Positions 10,000 through 19,616 of a DNA stretch of 64,000 nucleotides are shown here, piece by piece. This stretch comes from Candidatus Iainarchaeum sp. (GTDB lineage Archaea > Iainarchaeota > Iainarchaeia > Iainarchaeales > JAXPJC01): contig JACPJC010000001.1 in assembly GCA_016187745.1 (NCBI GenBank), positions 55,977-119,976 of the forward strand. Direction: 5' to 3'. The notes beneath the pieces were generated by a model that made no database searches, was not told the origin of the DNA, and was given only the letters and a program-made list of their open reading frames with translations. The translations under genes were made by a program, and so were the position numbers. The stretch's first letter is position 1, and the number at the start of each line of letters is the position of its first letter.

Positions 10000-10030
10000 A
10001 ATAAGGGCATTATGCCCTTATTTTTATTAT
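10000..10030 (+). terminator. hairpin plus T-tract terminator after metK
   Basis: AATAAGGGCA-tta-TGCCCTTATT 10-bp stem followed by T-rich sequence, 11 nt after the stop. Confidence 0.6.
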
Positions 10031-10065
10031 TTTCATTTTCAATTTTCATACTTTAATGATCCAAA

Positions 10066-10518
10066 ATGCTTGAAGACTTTATTGAAACGAACAAGATTGC
10101 TGCGGAAATAATCAATTGCGCAAGGGAAGTGCAGAGCGCCAAGGACGTTATGGGCCTGCTGAAAGTTCCGCTTGAGAAAATTGCAAAAACAGTCCTTTTT
10201 ATTGATTCAGGCGCCAATCCTGTTCTGATAATCCAGTCAGGCGATAAGCGCATTTCCACAGTAAAGGTATGCGCATTGCTTAATGTTACAGGCATAAGGC
10301 TTGCAAGCGCTGAGGAAACACTTGAAATTACTGGCTATGAAATCGGGGGAGTTCCCCCAATTTCCATTTATGCGGTAAAAACCATAATGGACGGCTCAGT
10401 GGCAGCGCAATCAGAAGTGATAACCGGAGGGGGAGACAAGCTGCATCTGATGCGCATCTCCCCGAAGGCAATACAGGAAAACGTTGAAGGCATCATAATC
10501 GGGGATGTTGCGGAATAA
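10066..10518 (+). CDS. YbaK/aminoacyl-tRNA deacylase family protein
   Basis: IAKTVLF and TGYEIGGVPP motifs. Confidence 0.88.
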   Translation: MLEDFIETNKIAAEIINCAREVQSAKDVMGLLKVPLEKIAKTVLFIDSGANPVLIIQSGDKRISTVKVCALLNVTGIRLASAEETLEITGYEIGGVPPISIYAVKTIMDGSVAAQSEVITGGGDKLHLMRISPKAIQENVEGIIIGDVAE

Positions 10519-10525
10519 TTCTAAT

Positions 10526-11004
10526 CTAAGAATCATCCTTAAAATGTTCTCTGAGAATTGTTTCTATTTCCTCAGTGGATTTTTCAGGACAATCTGTCCT
10601 GCCATAGTATAGTATAGTGTATTTATCATTTTCTAAAAATAAGAGAGGGCTACTTATAGCCATTGGAGACCTACTAAGTTCCTCTCTGTATTTTTTAAAT
10701 ATGTCCCACTTTGCCGCAGTCCATTTATTATAAAAGTCTAGGCCAATGGTGGGAGATACTGTTACAAATGTTTGCATTCTTACTTCATATTCACATTTAA
10801 CAGCAGGATAAGAAACTTGCAGGTGAAATAGGATGTTGTTATCTCATATTCCCAACCACTGGGCAGAATTTCTGACAACTGCTTTATCTTGTCTTCTGAA
10901 TTTGGTTGGAGAATATAAAAAATAGCTATCATAAGCAAAACAATGACAATCACTCCGAAACTGAACAACAATTTTTTATTCTTCATTACTCTATATTTTT
11001 TCAT
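10526..11004 (-). pseudogene. AT-rich N-terminally anchored protein, probably split by a frameshift (ORFs 10780-11004 and 10526-10777)
   Basis: First ORF has a basic N-terminus and TM helix. The second ORF's frame stays open ~22 codons upstream, overlapping the first. Confidence 0.4.
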
Positions 11005-11072
11005 TACATATATGAGTTAAATAAGATATATAAATGTTATAGATATACAAAACAATATTGCCACAGGTTATA

Positions 11073-12299
11073 CTAGCCAAACGCCTTAATTATTTTCTGC
11101 ATTTCTCTTGCGAAAACATCAATTTCCTCTTTTGTATTGTAGAAATAGAATGAAGCCCTGCACAGCCCCCTCGGATTTATGCTTCCGACAAATGGCTCAG
11201 CGCAGAGCATTCCGCTCCTTATTGCAATGTTCGCGCTCTCATCAAGCGCAAGCGCGAGGTCATGCGCCTCCAGCTTTTCATGCTCAAAGAGGACAATCCC
11301 GCCCTGCGTTTCAGGATTCTGCGTCCCGTAAATTTTAATTTTAGGAATTTTGCCTATTGCATCAAGCGCGTATTTTGTAAGCTCCTTCTCATGCTTCCTT
11401 ATTTTATCCATTCCGGTTTTCTGCAAATATTCAATCGCAGCGCCCAATCCGTATGCCGCGGCAATATTGGGAGTTCCGGCTTCGAATTTGTATGGAAGGT
11501 CATTCCATGTTGCGCTGTGCTCGCTTACGGATTTTATCATGTCCCCGCCGTACATGAAAGGCTGCATTTTTTCAAGCAGTTCCTTTTTTCCATAAAGAAC
11601 CCCGATTCCTGTGGGAGCAAGCATCTTATGCCCTGAGAACGCGAGGAAATCCGCATTGATGCTCCGGACATCAATAGGCATATGCGGGATGCTTTGTGCA
11701 GCATCCACAACAAACAATGCATTATTCTCATGCGCAATTTTCCCAATTTCCTTAACATCATTTATTGTCCCTGTTGAATTCGCAACATGCGTAAGGGAAA
11801 CAATTTTCGTGTTTTTTGTAATTTTATTCTCCAAATCCTGCATATTGAGCGAATAATCAGGATTAAGTTCCGCAAATTTCAGTTTGATTCCAATCTTCCT
11901 CTCAAGGAACTGCCAGGGGACAATATTTGAGTGGTGCTCGAATTTGGAAATCAGCACTTCATCCCCGGATTTGAGCATATTACCCGCCCAAAAGCAGTAC
12001 ATTAAGAGATTGAATGTCTCGGTTGTATTCCTTGCAAAAACAATTTCCTGCCATGATTTTGCGTTTATGAATTTTGCCGCACCTTTATGCGCATTCTCAT
12101 ATGCAAGCGTGGCGTGCTCGCTTAATTTATGCACCCCCCTGTGGATGTTTGCGCATTCCTCATTGTAATAGCGCGCTTCAGCCCCAATAACCTGCTTCGG
12201 CTTGAGGGAAGTCGCCGAACTGTCAAAGTATATCAACGGCTTTCCATTTATGCGCCTCTGCAGGATTGGAAAGTCCATTCGCAATGAGCTGAAATCCAT
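11073..12299 (-). CDS. sufS: SufS-type cysteine desulfurase
   Basis: YFDSSATS, EHHSN, FSGHKM PLP lysine, FEAGTPN, RSGMLCA catalytic Cys. Confidence 0.94.
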   Translation of the reverse strand: MDFSSLRMDFPILQRRINGKPLIYFDSSATSLKPKQVIGAEARYYNEECANIHRGVHKLSEHATLAYENAHKGAAKFINAKSWQEIVFARNTTETFNLLMYCFWAGNMLKSGDEVLISKFEHHSNIVPWQFLERKIGIKLKFAELNPDYSLNMQDLENKITKNTKIVSLTHVANSTGTINDVKEIGKIAHENNALFVVDAAQSIPHMPIDVRSINADFLAFSGHKMLAPTGIGVLYGKKELLEKMQPFMYGGDMIKSVSEHSATWNDLPYKFEAGTPNIAAAYGLGAAIEYLQKTGMDKIRKHEKELTKYALDAIGKIPKIKIYGTQNPETQGGIVLFEHEKLEAHDLALALDESANIAIRSGMLCAEPFVGSINPRGLCRASFYFYNTKEEIDVFAREMQKIIKAFG

Positions 12300-12367
12300 A
12301 GTCTCACAGAAGTAATGATATTTGATTAGTATTTTATATATTGGCTTTGTCGCGCAGTTAAGGGCCC

Positions 12368-12949
12368 TTATTCAAATATTGCATTGTCTGAATTCAACAA
12401 GGAAAATTTCCTTCCTTCTCTTTCAAGTTCAAATACTGCGCAGTCACCCACATATTTCAATTCCCCTGCCTTGACAACTTCCCTGACAATGCATCTAATT
12501 GGGCCCGCATGGGTAAATATTGCTATGACATCATATTTTGAGCCTGCAATCTTGCGGAATGCCCTGATTACCCTTTTTTTAAGATGGCTGTAAGTTTCTG
12601 CGCCCTTTGCCGTCTTGCGGAAGTCTTCCAGCAATTTCACTTGCTCAGGATATTTCAATTTTGCCTCTGATTTTTTCATACCGGCCATTATCCCATATTT
12701 GTTTCTTTCTCTGATGCCCCCAACAATCCTTAAATCGCATTTCAGGCATTTCTTCAGAATCTGCGCTGTTTCTTTTGCCCTGAACAATGGGCTGGAGAAA
12801 ATAATCTGAATTCCTGATTTTGAAAGTTTTTTGGCAAGCTGTTCTGATTGGGCAATGCCTTTTTCTGTAAGATGGTCGTCATAATTTCCGCCATAGCGCT
12901 CTTCAACATCGCCTGTAGTTTCCCCGTGGCGGATTAAATAGATTTTCAT
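12368..12949 (-). CDS. histidine phosphatase (phosphoglycerate mutase-like) family
   Basis: IYLIRHGET, SSPLFRAKET, THAG motifs. Confidence 0.9.
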   Translation of the reverse strand: MKIYLIRHGETTGDVEERYGGNYDDHLTEKGIAQSEQLAKKLSKSGIQIIFSSPLFRAKETAQILKKCLKCDLRIVGGIRERNKYGIMAGMKKSEAKLKYPEQVKLLEDFRKTAKGAETYSHLKKRVIRAFRKIAGSKYDVIAIFTHAGPIRCIVREVVKAGELKYVGDCAVFELEREGRKFSLLNSDNAIFE

Positions 12950-12953
12950 AGCA

Positions 12954-13418
12954 TTATCCCTGTTGCATTTCACACGTTTCCTTAAGGCAGTTGCAATCGG
13001 TGCCGCACTTCTGGAAATCCTTTACCGCGCAATTGCCAACATCAAATGGGCAGTCGCATATGGGCTCTGCTGTCTGGGGCTGGAAAATGCAATTGCTCGG
13101 GTCCTGCGGGTCGCAGGTCCCATAAACCGCGAGATTGTAAATCGCAAATGCGCTGTAAAACAGGCTCACAACCATTGCAATTGTCATGATCCAGGAAAGC
13201 AGCTCAAAGTGCCTGAATACGAATCCCCCGAGCTTGGGGCTTTTCTGCATTAGCTTTGTGGAAATCTTCATCTTCATCTTGTTGTCGAAGCCTGTGTTGC
13301 ATTTACGCAGCGTAATTCTCCTGAAGATGCAGTTGAAGGCCTCCTTTGCGTAAGCGCGGTGGGTTGCGGAGAATATGCCCAGAATACCAAAAACAACAAG
13401 CGCGATTATGCAGATCAT
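12954..13418 (-). CDS. Cys-rich membrane protein, function unknown
   Basis: Two hydrophobic segments and a Cys-rich C-terminus; GGGG RBS upstream. Confidence 0.7.
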   Translation of the reverse strand: MICIIALVVFGILGIFSATHRAYAKEAFNCIFRRITLRKCNTGFDNKMKMKISTKLMQKSPKLGGFVFRHFELLSWIMTIAMVVSLFYSAFAIYNLAVYGTCDPQDPSNCIFQPQTAEPICDCPFDVGNCAVKDFQKCGTDCNCLKETCEMQQG

Positions 13419-13444
13419 TTCAGTGCCCCGCTATTTATATTGAT

Positions 13445-13600
13445 AGAATAACTGCATACCTATTGTGAATTACCATAACCTATATAATACTTGAGGTTAT
13501 GGCTTCTTGCTTCATAGAACTACTTGCTGTTTCGTTCTCCACAAAGCCCCATCCCAGAGCCAATATGTTTTTAGCGGAATTTACATCTCTCTCTATTTCC
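13445..13600 (-). ncRNA. predicted TnpB omegaRNA/reRNA (scaffold plus flanking guide)
   Basis: Overlaps the tnpB 3' end: ..TGAAGCAAGAAGCC-hairpin-TTCAC, then flanking AATAGGTATGCAGTTATTCT. The 5' boundary is approximate. Confidence 0.6.
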
Positions 13601-14773
13601 AATCCACAATCACAGGAGTATGTTCTCTGCGATAATGGAATGTCCTGCATAGCCCCGCAACTGCTGCACATCCTGCTTGTATTTTTTGGATTTACTTCTA
13701 TTACTTCTGCACCAGCACTTTCAGCCTTGTGCTTCAGCATAGAAGCAAATTTTGCCCAAGAACAATCAAGAAAATTGCGCATATTCCAAAACCTATTCTT
13801 CTTTTTGCTGATCATTTCTTTTATATTCAAACCTTCAATGCAAATCAATTTGTTTTTGCTTACTATTTTTGTTGAGAGTTTATGCATAAAATCATTTCTC
13901 TGATTTTCAACTTTCTCATATAGTTTGCCTAACTTTTGCTTTGCCCTTTTCCTGTTGTAGCTTCCTTTCTTTTTTCTTGATAAATCCTGATGTACTTTTT
14001 TTATTTTCTTCAAACTTTTTTTCAGAAACAAAGGAGATTTTATTTTGTTGCCGTTGCTGTCTGCAATGAAATTCATAATTCCAAAGTCAAGCCCTATTTG
14101 CCCTTCTCCCTTTTGTTTCTTGTATATTTCATCTGTTATCAAAATAGCATACCATTTCCCCGCTGTCTTCTTGATTGTTATTTGTTTGATTGCTCCACTT
14201 GTTATTCTATGGCATCTGATATTTATTTTGCCTATCTTTGAAAGTTTGAGTTTTCCGTATCTTTTCCCTGTTTGTTCCAATTCATAACCGCTTTGGTTGT
14301 AGTTTATTGTCTTGAACCATTCCCTTCCCTTGAAGCGCAACTTTCCTACTTTTATACCCTTCCTTTTCAATTGTACCAATGCCCTTAAATTTCCAAACAG
14401 CTTATGGCATTCATATTGCAGAGTTTTTGAATATACATCATCCAATCCAGAAAATTCCTTTTTAAATTCAACAAGGCTGTGCTGTATTTCTTTCTTGTTT
14501 ATTTTCTCACTTTTATTCATTTTTTCCAGCAGTTTGTTGTAAGTAAATCTGCACAAATCAAATGTTCTGAACAACGCCTGCTCCTGCTGCTTTGAAGGGT
14601 ATAATCTGAATTTGTATGCCATCATAGCTATTTCCCCTTTCCGCGGCTTTCAGTATATTTTGCCTTTAAGTGGCTTTTAATGGTTTTGGAACCATTTCGC
14701 CACTGAATTACGATATATACCAATTCATCTATAGCCTAACAAAGTTCAGGTTATAGACTCCTTGGTGATAGGA
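13465..14773 (-). mobile_element. IS200/IS605-family element, TnpB-only (IS1341-like)
   Basis: Left-end hairpin TCTATAACCT..AGGCTATAGA (14728-14757) and related right-end hairpin CCATAACCT..AGGTTATGG ending ..GTAATTCAC (13465). AT-rich, no tnpA. The left boundary is inferred from a TTTAA motif. Confidence 0.8.
13480..14625 (-). CDS. tnpB: RNA-guided endonuclease TnpB
   Basis: AYKFRLYP N-terminus; RuvC-I GLDFG, RuvC-II IEGL, Zn ribbon CSSC..CDC, RuvC-III RDVNSAKN; all catalytic residues present. Confidence 0.96.
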   Translation of the reverse strand: MMAYKFRLYPSKQQEQALFRTFDLCRFTYNKLLEKMNKSEKINKKEIQHSLVEFKKEFSGLDDVYSKTLQYECHKLFGNLRALVQLKRKGIKVGKLRFKGREWFKTINYNQSGYELEQTGKRYGKLKLSKIGKINIRCHRITSGAIKQITIKKTAGKWYAILITDEIYKKQKGEGQIGLDFGIMNFIADSNGNKIKSPLFLKKSLKKIKKVHQDLSRKKKGSYNRKRAKQKLGKLYEKVENQRNDFMHKLSTKIVSKNKLICIEGLNIKEMISKKKNRFWNMRNFLDCSWAKFASMLKHKAESAGAEVIEVNPKNTSRMCSSCGAMQDIPLSQRTYSCDCGLEIERDVNSAKNILALGWGFVENETASSSMKQEAITSSII

Positions 14774-14816
14774 TTAAATCTTTTATTATCGTTAGTGTTA
14801 TTGCGAAGGGAAGACC

Positions 14817-15476
14817 ATGAAATTTGACCTGCATGTGCACTCCTGTTACAGCAGGGATGCCGTAAATAAGCCCGAAACACTCATAAGGCGCGCGAAAGAG
14901 CTGGGAATAAACATTGCAATTACCGACCACAACACAACCGCCGCCTACCCCAAACTTAAAAAAATCAGCAAGAAGAGCGGCGTCAGCGTAATTCCTGGGA
15001 TGGAGATGGATATTTATTCGGAAGGGAAATACCTGGGCGAATTAAGCGCGCTTTTCCTGCAGGAAGCGCCTAAAGCCAATGAATTTCCTGCAATTGTTGA
15101 TGAAATAAAAAAGCAGGATGCGCTGCTCTATGCGCCCCATCCCTTTGATGTTTTCAGGAGCGGGTTCAGGGAATTGGGTACGGTTGCAAAAAAGCTTGAT
15201 GCGCTTGAGGCTTTCAATTCGCGCTGCTATTTCAGCGGATTCAACAGGAAAGCGGAGGCATATGCGGATGCGCATAAAATCTGCAAAATTGCAGGGAGCG
15301 ATGCGCACTTCCCGCAGGAGATTGGGAAAGCGATAACGGAATTCAATTGCGATAATCTCGAAGGCGTGCGCAAGGCAATTAAAAAGCGCAACACGCGCAT
15401 TTATGGGGAAAAATCGAGCCCGATAGTGCATTTTTACACCTTTTTGAGAAAGCGTAAACTGTTGAAAGAGGCATAA
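14817..15476 (+). CDS. PHP-domain metal-dependent phosphoesterase
   Basis: DLHVHS, AITDHN, PHPF, GSDAH motifs. Confidence 0.9.
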   Translation: MKFDLHVHSCYSRDAVNKPETLIRRAKELGINIAITDHNTTAAYPKLKKISKKSGVSVIPGMEMDIYSEGKYLGELSALFLQEAPKANEFPAIVDEIKKQDALLYAPHPFDVFRSGFRELGTVAKKLDALEAFNSRCYFSGFNRKAEAYADAHKICKIAGSDAHFPQEIGKAITEFNCDNLEGVRKAIKKRNTRIYGEKSSPIVHFYTFLRKRKLLKEA

Positions 15477-15479
15477 GAA

Positions 15480-15803
15480 ATGATAAAATTCGATGAATGG
15501 AAGAAAATTGAATTGAAAACAGCTAAAATCCTGAGTGTTGAAGATATTGCAGGAAAGGACAAGCTCTACAAAGTGCAGATTGATTTGGGAAGCGAAAAGC
15601 GCACTCTGGTTGCGGGGCTAAAGCAGCATTATTCAAAAGAGGAGCTGCAGGGAAAAAGCGTCATTGTTTTCTGCAACCTGGAGCCAAGGAATGTTGCAGG
15701 GATTGAGAGCAACGGGATGCTTCTTGCGGTAAGGGATGCGGAAGGGAAATACAGATTGCTTGGCGCAGAGGGGAATATTGCGCCCGGAACGCCAATAGAA
15801 TAG
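15480..15803 (+). CDS. tRNA-binding OB-fold protein (Trbp111/MetG C-terminal-like)
   Basis: DKLY...DLG...RT.VAG, NLEPR..AG..SNGMLL. Confidence 0.88.
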   Translation: MIKFDEWKKIELKTAKILSVEDIAGKDKLYKVQIDLGSEKRTLVAGLKQHYSKEELQGKSVIVFCNLEPRNVAGIESNGMLLAVRDAEGKYRLLGAEGNIAPGTPIE

Positions 15804-15859
15804 CTTTGGGTTTACATTTCTACCAAAAAATTAAATAGCTGATGGTACTTAATCTATGC

Positions 15860-16582
15860 ATGGCTCCGAATTTTCTAAAGTTTCTTAAACTCCAGAGAAA
15901 ACCTGTTGTGCGGAAAGATTCTGCGGAATATCTTAAAGACCCGAGAAATGCAGATGCCGCCAACTCCTTAAGCAAGGCGTTCTATGCCCATGGCTTAAAA
16001 AAAATAATAGTGGGCAAACTGCCCCTGCCTGCCCTTGCATTCGACATCAGGCAGGTGCGCGGAAAAATCATAAACAGAAATGCGCCATTAATTATTGACC
16101 CGCATTTTGTTGTGGCGCTTGCGGAGGTTAGGGCCGTCTTGCCTGAGCTAGCAGAAAAAATCATAAGATATGAAACATTATACCATATGCGGATGCGCGA
16201 ACTTCTCAATCCGAAAGTTCACAAACAGATTTTTGGGACAAAGCCGACTGTTAAAAGCATCAGTTCCCCTGAATTCAGGAAAAAAGCAAGGCAGCTGCTT
16301 ACTGCGGGCACATACCGTCCGAATTACAATGTGAAGCCCGAGGAGCGCACAGAGTGCCTGGCTTCATTGATGCTGATGAATTTTCTTGGATCCACTGTTG
16401 CAGTCAAAGGCGAAAAACGGGCAGCAGAATTGGCAAGTGCGAAAAATGTGCGCTGGATAGTCAATATGGAATACAATGCCCCTGATTATCAGTTTGCCTC
16501 TGCAAAGGAAAAGGAAGCAACATCAAATCTGACATACAATCTTATTAGAGAATTTTTCTACAAGAGGGCGCTGTTGGGCTAG
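15860..16582 (+). CDS. hypothetical protein (orphan)
   Basis: Long ORF; ATG at 15860 lies ~22 nt after a TATA-like TTAAATA. Confidence 0.6.
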   Translation: MAPNFLKFLKLQRKPVVRKDSAEYLKDPRNADAANSLSKAFYAHGLKKIIVGKLPLPALAFDIRQVRGKIINRNAPLIIDPHFVVALAEVRAVLPELAEKIIRYETLYHMRMRELLNPKVHKQIFGTKPTVKSISSPEFRKKARQLLTAGTYRPNYNVKPEERTECLASLMLMNFLGSTVAVKGEKRAAELASAKNVRWIVNMEYNAPDYQFASAKEKEATSNLTYNLIREFFYKRALLG

Positions 16583-16642
16583 CATAATATGCAAAACACA
16601 TCGCAGCCATTAGCCACAATGTAAATTCTAAAAAGAGATTGA

Positions 16643-17797
16643 TTATGCAAACATGCTCAGGATATAGGGCAGCGCTATTATAACTCCAATTGTTGAGCCT
16701 AAATTTGTATATGCTGCAACAAGCAGCAGATGCGTTACCTTGTTTTTCTCAAAATCCCTGTAGCTGTTGAGATTGCTCAGATTCTCAAAATCCTCAACCT
16801 TTGGCATGGAGTATTTCGCTTCCATTGCCGCAGCAAACCACCCGGATGCAAGCGCGGGATGCAATGTCGTAAAAGGCGCCGCGAGGAATGCGACAATAAT
16901 TGACTGCAGGCGCGACCTTGCAAATAATGCGCCGAGCGCTGAGAAAATTCCAGTAATGAGGAACCATATTCCGAAAATATACAGGCTTGCCTCAATCCCC
17001 TTAAGGAAAAAGCCGTATGCAATAAATAAAACAAACAGCGCAGGCACAAGATATTTCAGGTAGCGGAGCAGGCTTTTTTTCTTCTGCACTTTCTCCAATT
17101 CAGAAATGTCCCTTTTCCTGTCAAGGCATTTTTTAATCCCCTGGAGATGGCCTGCGCCAACCACTGCAACAATTTTCCTTCCCCTCGCATCAAGGATCTT
17201 GTTTGCAATATACAAATCGCGCTCATCAACAAGCACTCTCTTTATTGTGGGCGCCTCGTGGCTGAGCTCCTCCATCAGTTTTGTAATCACATCCTTGTTT
17301 TTAAGCTCCTCAATAGTTTCCTTTGTTATTTTCTCCTCAACCCCTGAAAAGAGCCCGACAACAATCCCGAACCCGAGTTTAAGTTTTTCCCATAGCGACA
17401 TTAAATCAAACGCCCTTTTCAGCGTAATTCTCACATCCCTGTCGAGCAGCACAACGGGAATTTTTTTCCTTTCGGCAATCCTGATTGCGGCAAGCATTTC
17501 GCTTCCGGGTTTTACCCCGATTTTATTCCCAAGCCTGCGCTGCAGGTTTGCCAACAAAAGATTCACAAGCAGGAGGTAAATCCTGCCGGATTTTATCACG
17601 TCCATTATGTTGGTTTCCCTCCACTTGCGCTGGTTCTTCAGCTGCCCGTAGCGCTGCGCATCAAGTTCCACTCCAACACAATCGGGCTTTTCCTTCTCAA
17701 TTGTCTTTTCAACAAGCTCAATGCTGCCCCGGCTTATGTGGGCAGTGCCTACAAGAATTATTTTCCTGTTCTTGTCCCCGATTTTCTCTATTGTCAT
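16643..17797 (-). CDS. TraB/GumN (pheromone shutdown-related) family membrane protein
   Basis: LVGTAH, VELD..R, PGSEM, DERD, VVGAGH motifs; C-terminal TM helices. Confidence 0.9.
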   Translation of the reverse strand: MTIEKIGDKNRKIILVGTAHISRGSIELVEKTIEKEKPDCVGVELDAQRYGQLKNQRKWRETNIMDVIKSGRIYLLLVNLLLANLQRRLGNKIGVKPGSEMLAAIRIAERKKIPVVLLDRDVRITLKRAFDLMSLWEKLKLGFGIVVGLFSGVEEKITKETIEELKNKDVITKLMEELSHEAPTIKRVLVDERDLYIANKILDARGRKIVAVVGAGHLQGIKKCLDRKRDISELEKVQKKKSLLRYLKYLVPALFVLFIAYGFFLKGIEASLYIFGIWFLITGIFSALGALFARSRLQSIIVAFLAAPFTTLHPALASGWFAAAMEAKYSMPKVEDFENLSNLNSYRDFEKNKVTHLLLVAAYTNLGSTIGVIIALPYILSMFA

Positions 17798-17803
17798 TTA
17801 AAA

Positions 17804-19444
17804 TCAGCCGCTTACCTGCAATTTCGTCTGCTTTTTGTCAATGCAGGCGTCAACAAAACTGAAGAACAGCGGGGCAGGCCTTTCAAGGCTTGACTTGAAT
17901 TCAGGATGCGCCTGCGTTGCAACAAAAAACCTGTTTTTCGGGACTTCAACAAATTCCGCAAGCATCCCGTCCTTGGAGGTTCCGGAAATCAGCATGCCGT
18001 TCCTCTCAAGCAGGTCATGGTAATCCGGATTCACCTCATAGCGGTGCCTGTGCCTTTCGCTTACAATTTTCTGCTTCCCGTAAATTTCCCAGACCCTGCT
18101 TTTCTCCTTCAGGTATGCGGAGTAGGCGCCAAGGCGCATTGTAGCCCCCTTCCTTGAAATGTTTTTCTGCTCGGGCATTATGTCAATTATGGGATTTTTT
18201 GTTTTTGCATCAACCTCTGTCGAGTTCGCGTCCTTTAAGTTGCAGACATCCCTTGCGAATTCCACAACAGCAAGCTGCAGGCCGAAGCACAGCCCGAGGA
18301 AGGGGATGTTTTTTTCGCGCGCATATCCAATAGCCTTTATTTTTCCCTCAGTCCCGCGCGTTCCGAAGCCCCCGGGCACAATAAGACCGCGCACCCCTGA
18401 AAATGCATTCTCAATATTGGAATTCCCCTTCTCAAGGCTCTCGGAATCAATCCATTTGAGGTTTACCCTTGCATTTAAGTGCGCCCCCGCGTGGCTGAGC
18501 GCTTCCGCAATGCTCGCATAGGAATCCTTGAGCTTTGTGTATTTTCCGCAGAGCGCAATTGTTGTTTCGCCTGCTGGCTTTTTCATTTTTGAAACAAGCG
18601 CCTGCCAGTTCTTCAGGTCCGCCTTGTGCCTTATGTTCAGCTTTCTTTCAATCAGCCCGCGCAGCCCCTCCTTCTCAAAAATCAATGGCAGCTCATAAAC
18701 GCTTTCAAGGTTTGGGCTGGAAAATACCGCTTGTACTGGAACATTGCAAAAAAGCGCAATCTTCTGTTTTGTCTTTTCCTCAAGGATGTGCCTGCTCCTT
18801 CCTATTATTACATCAGGCATTATTCCCTTCTCCCTGAGCAAATCAACGCTCTGCTGCGTCGGCTTTGTTTTCTGCTCATCCACTGCTTCCAGAACAGGCA
18901 CATATGAAAGGTGCGCAAACAGTACGTTTTCCGCGCCCAATTCAATGCGCATCTGCCTTGCGGCTTCCAGAAACAGCATGTTCTCTATATCCCCCACAGT
19001 TCCCCCGATCTCTATAAGCAGCATATCCGCGCCTTCCTCATTTGCAACTGAATAAAACGCTTCCTTTATTTCATCTGTCGCATGCGGAATCATCTGCACG
19101 GTTTTTCCAAGAAAATTCCCGTTCCTTTCCTTTTCCACAAGCCTCATGAAAATTTTTCCAGTAGTTAAATTCCAGGGGAATTTGCAGCTTATCCCCATAA
19201 TTCTCTCATAATGGCCGAAATCCATGTCAACTTCTCCCCCGTCCTCAAGCACAAAAACCTCCCCGTGCTCAATGGGATTCATTGTGCCAGGGTCAACATT
19301 CAAATAGCCGTCGCACTTCATTGGCATGACTTTCAGTCTTGGGGAGAACAATTTCCCTATTGAGGCTGTAACAATGCCCTTTCCCAATCCGCTCAGCACT
19401 CCGCCGGTTATCACAATGAACTTGGTTTTTTTGTTCCAAGGCAT
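17804..19444 (-). CDS. pyrG: CTP synthase
   Basis: TGGVLSGLGKG, EIGGTVGDIE, KTKPTQ, GLCFG, ERHRHRYEVN, QAHPEF. Confidence 0.97.
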   Translation of the reverse strand: MPWNKKTKFIVITGGVLSGLGKGIVTASIGKLFSPRLKVMPMKCDGYLNVDPGTMNPIEHGEVFVLEDGGEVDMDFGHYERIMGISCKFPWNLTTGKIFMRLVEKERNGNFLGKTVQMIPHATDEIKEAFYSVANEEGADMLLIEIGGTVGDIENMLFLEAARQMRIELGAENVLFAHLSYVPVLEAVDEQKTKPTQQSVDLLREKGIMPDVIIGRSRHILEEKTKQKIALFCNVPVQAVFSSPNLESVYELPLIFEKEGLRGLIERKLNIRHKADLKNWQALVSKMKKPAGETTIALCGKYTKLKDSYASIAEALSHAGAHLNARVNLKWIDSESLEKGNSNIENAFSGVRGLIVPGGFGTRGTEGKIKAIGYAREKNIPFLGLCFGLQLAVVEFARDVCNLKDANSTEVDAKTKNPIIDIMPEQKNISRKGATMRLGAYSAYLKEKSRVWEIYGKQKIVSERHRHRYEVNPDYHDLLERNGMLISGTSKDGMLAEFVEVPKNRFFVATQAHPEFKSSLERPAPLFFSFVDACIDKKQTKLQVSG

Positions 19445-19616
19445 CTAAACCAAAACTCCCAATAAATTAGGCATAGAGGATATATAAAAGTTCTGCTTCC
19501 CTGCGGGTTAATGCTTCCTGCGGGGAATCCAGAAGATTCCAGCAAAAATTTCCACAGTGAATATCCTAAAGCAAAAAATAGCAAGCCTTTAAAAGCGGAC
19601 ATCAGGATATTATACT

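Noticed and set aside
15860-16582. zincin-like motif (YETLYH) in the orphan
   Set aside because: It does not match HExxH; too weak to call.
19493-19526. short direct repeat TGCTTCC(C)TGCGGG x2
   Set aside because: Two imperfect ~14-nt copies with no further support.
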